Part shown: piece after piece, positions 60,970-64,000 of the stretch
Position numbering within the stretch: the stretch's first letter is position 1
Layout of the letters: each line of letters opens with the position of its first letter
Assembly (NCBI GenBank): GCA_950097015.1
Contig: CATNEN010000001.1
Coordinates: forward strand, 27,156,001-27,220,000
Reading direction: 5' to 3'
DNA from: Macrostomum hystrix
Taxonomy: Eukaryota > Animalia > Platyhelminthes
Length of the DNA: 64,000 nucleotides
Made by a program: the position numbers and the translations under genes
Notes under the pieces: generated by a model
Seen by the model: the letters and a program-made list of their open reading frames with translations, nothing else
Database searches by the model: none
What the model was told of the DNA's origin: nothing

Positions 60970-61368
60970 TTTGAGTGAGCAACTTAATAAATCAAAACTG
61001 TTGCTGAAAAAAAATTTGGTAATGGATTATCATACATTCTGTGACAGATGAAAAAATTGGTAATTTTTGGAAATGGAAATGTTTGGTTCTGGCTTTGTGT
61101 GTTTATAGGCTACTTATTGGCTCTGGAACTTTCAGAAAAATCCTAGCATTATAACAAATTATAAATTATAAGATGATTACATTGCATTTCAATATGAAGC
61201 TTGATAAGATAATTAGTTATTCTGACTAATGCCTATGTTAGTGTATGAATGTAGGATTCATACATCGATTTTGCGTGCTTAAATGGTCGATGCACGAGTG
61301 CGCACAGCACGCAAAATCGATGTATGAGTTGCATTGTATTACGTTGGCTTACTACTTTAGATGGCGCG

Positions 61369-61417
61369 CAAGGACAACTTAATAACTCATAAAAAAGCAG
61401 TTATTAAGTTGTCCTTG
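61369..61417. mobile_element. 49-bp minimal MITE
   Basis: 19-bp perfect TIR CAAGGACAACTTAATAACT; 8-bp TSD ATGGCGCG (61361-61368, 61418-61425). Confidence 0.75.
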
Positions 61418-61551
61418 ATGGCGCGTTAGATGCACGCTCAGTTAGACTTTGTCTTAACCATAGACAAAATGCGTGAAAGGCACGCAAGTTGATTGAGTGT
61501 TACGAAGAAGGGAATAAGAAGCTGTTAAATTAAAATCACTTGTGAGAGAAC

Positions 61552-62999
61552 ATGGCTGAGCCACCAACTAAAGTCAGACTTCTGAATCTGAGCAAATTTC
61601 CGAACGAAATGATTTCCGGCTTGTCCACCAATGAGATTGACGACATCCTGAACGAGCCTGATAATCTACCGGAGTCGGCGATTGATCGAGAAGAGGAGGA
61701 TCTTCTGGAGGCACTTTTCAAGAAGATACCTGACGAAGAAGCTGAACTACTTGAATTGGAACAGCTCGTTTCCGAAATCGAGGACACCGCTGCTAGTAAG
61801 AGTGTGACAAAGGCTACCGAATATTATGTCGGTAAGTTGCAGAGCTTCATGGAGAACCATCCGTCAGTTCAGCGTGATTGGCGACTTCTACACCGCGCGA
61901 GATCGATAGTCTATTGCGATACTTCTATGGCTCACTTCGCAAGAGGAATGGCGAATACTTTGCTCCAGCCACGTTGATTTGCATCCGAGCTGCGCTCTAC
62001 CGGCATTTCATGTCGACAAGGCGAATCAATATTCTAACTGACGACGCATTCTATGCTTCCAATACGACACTGAAGTCAATGGGCAGAATCTTCATTGCCC
62101 GAGGCGGACGCGCCCGACACTTTCAATCGATCGAGCCTGTTGATCTGAAGAGGCTGTCTGACTACTTCGATCGGAAATCTCCAGAGGTGCTACTTCATGA
62201 AGTGTACTACAACATTATTTTCTACTTTGGAAACAGAGGTCGCGAGTGGATCCGTTCACTGAGCGATGATTCCTTTCGATTCGAGACGGATTCCGATGGG
62301 ATTGAAGTGGTGCGCTTTGTTGCTGGAACAGTAAAGAATGTTGGCAAAGAACTCTCCAGGAACTCGTGTGACGATGTCAAGCAAGCTGTTATGAGTGCGT
62401 TGCCAGACAGAAGCCGCTGCCCTGTGGAAGCTATGAAGCTCTATTTAGCTCAGCGTGAGCAATCCATTCCATCAAGCAGTTCGGAGACGGTGAAAAGATA
62501 TCCTTTCTTCTTACTGCCGAAAAAGACTGGTTGGGCAAATGGAGCATGGTACTGCCCGAACAAGGCAATTGGTGTGAATCCCTTGGGCCAGCTGATGACC
62601 GTCATTTCAAAGAAGGCGAATTTATCAAAGTCATACACTGCGCACTGCATTCGATCCACGGTAATAAAGGAGCTATCTAACGCAGGTTACAGTGTGTCTG
62701 ATATCTGCAAAGTGACTGGCCATAAGCAGACGCGAACTGTAGAACGCTACTTACGCTTTGGCTCCAGAAGGGACGGTGAAATGCGAGACATGTCGGTCAG
62801 CTTGGCTTCTGCACTACACAAGGATGATTCCATGCAAGACGTGATTATGAAAGACTCTTTTACCGTCATGAGCCAGTCACTGATTATTTCTGACACGTCG
62901 GACGTTGCTGGTGGGACGCCAAGTGATGACGCCAAGAAGAAGCCAACTGTGGTTTACAACTTCTACAACACTGTCAACAACTGCACGTTCAATTCTTAG
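61552..62999 (+). CDS. Crypton-type tyrosine recombinase (DUF3504-like), one frameshift near 61878
   Basis: L..FY..LRK.NGEY...TL..IRAAL.RH, FGNRGRE, RCPV, WY....IGVN, YTAHCIRST, VTGHK, VERY; catalytic R-H-R-H-Y set present. Confidence 0.88.
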
Positions 63000-64000
63000 A
63001 GTGAGTAATAGCAATGAACTTTTCCCATACTGAACTTCCAAATGCAGAACGCCTTCATCTTCATTCGCTTTCCCTGTCTGTGCACCTGCTAACCGTTCCT
63101 GTTACTGTAACTGTAATCGGGATTTACAAAAGCCTGTGTAGGGACCGAAAGGACGGGGGGGTGTGGGGGGCAAAGCACCCCACGATGTGAATACACAATA
63201 AGCGATGTAAAGCATTTTCAATGACTTAAAATGGAAATCACTTGGGTCAGGCGTCTACACAGTCTACCTTGTTTACACAATTCCATGTTGTTCGTTCGTT
63301 GTACTTGTAGCAGAAGTATACTTATTAAAATATACTCACTTTCCGTGCATTACACGCGTTAGACGCACGCTTGTTGTTTTTACTCAGATAGAAAATTGCC
63401 ATAGACAACTACATTAGACGCACAGTAAATCGTGCATCTAACACGTGCCAGTGTGATACAATGGACTATATCATATATTGGCAGACAAAATGACCATATT
63501 GTATATTGGCAGACAAAAAAGGTGGCAGACAAAATGATGGTCAAACTCACCAAAAACTTATAGTTACAAGTACCAAAACTGTCACTAAAAAAATAAATAA
63601 TCTAAGCCCACTGGATCATGGGTGGCAGGGGCTTGCATAGAGATAGTCTGAAAGCAGATTTTTAATAAAAGTTCACCCTTTTCAGAAATTGAAATCGACA
63701 TGGAAATATATTGGAAAGTTCTGAAATTAAAGTTTTCTAAAAACTGACTACGACAGTAACTTTAAAAATTTGCAGCCCAAATTTTATTGCTTGCCAAAAC
63801 TCATAATTTTTTCTTCATTTATGATTTTTTTAGTAAAAACACTAGTGTTGCATTTTTTGCTTGTATACTAACCATTACTTCCAAGAAGGGCTCAATAAAA
63901 CATGTAAGAGCTATAAAAAATGTATTGAAATTTCAAAAACCACTTACAATAGCTGAACTTCTAAAAAAATTGAAATTTTAATTTAAGCAAAAAATCTTAA

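Larger units (their letters stand above)
61362..63450 (+). mobile_element. Crypton DNA transposon (approximate ends)
   Basis: YR gene flanked by repeated TTAGAYGCAC motifs in direct and inverted orientation. Confidence 0.65.

Noticed and set aside
61552-62999. Bacterial or phage integrase contamination
   Set aside because: Motifs match eukaryotic Crypton/DUF3504 proteins and the neighbouring genes are spliced animal genes.

Overview
Animal genomic DNA, very rich in transposons, with GT-AG introns, GC-rich exons in AT-rich spacers and many minisatellites. The style suggests a flatworm such as Macrostomum, which is an unverified inference. The first ~39 kb is nested mobile DNA: the 3' part of a Helitron helicase; a decayed EnSpm/CACTA-type element; a TSD-bounded, RT-less LOA-type LINE derivative starting exactly at an HDV-like ribozyme; tandem Gypsy elements sharing a chimeric LTR, one with a cold-shock domain in Gag; decayed Gypsy/EnSpm relics; an intact FLYWCH-MULE; and a nest of MITEs holding a mariner split by a solo LTR. 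The right part holds host genes: 2 full copies plus 1 partial copy of a secreted WSC+PAN gene, an AIG1/GIMAP GTPase, a PAP2 lipid phosphate phosphatase and RNF25. SINEs and a Crypton tyrosine-recombinase element with lox-like terminal motifs also lie there. All calls come from reading motifs by eye; no database searches were run.
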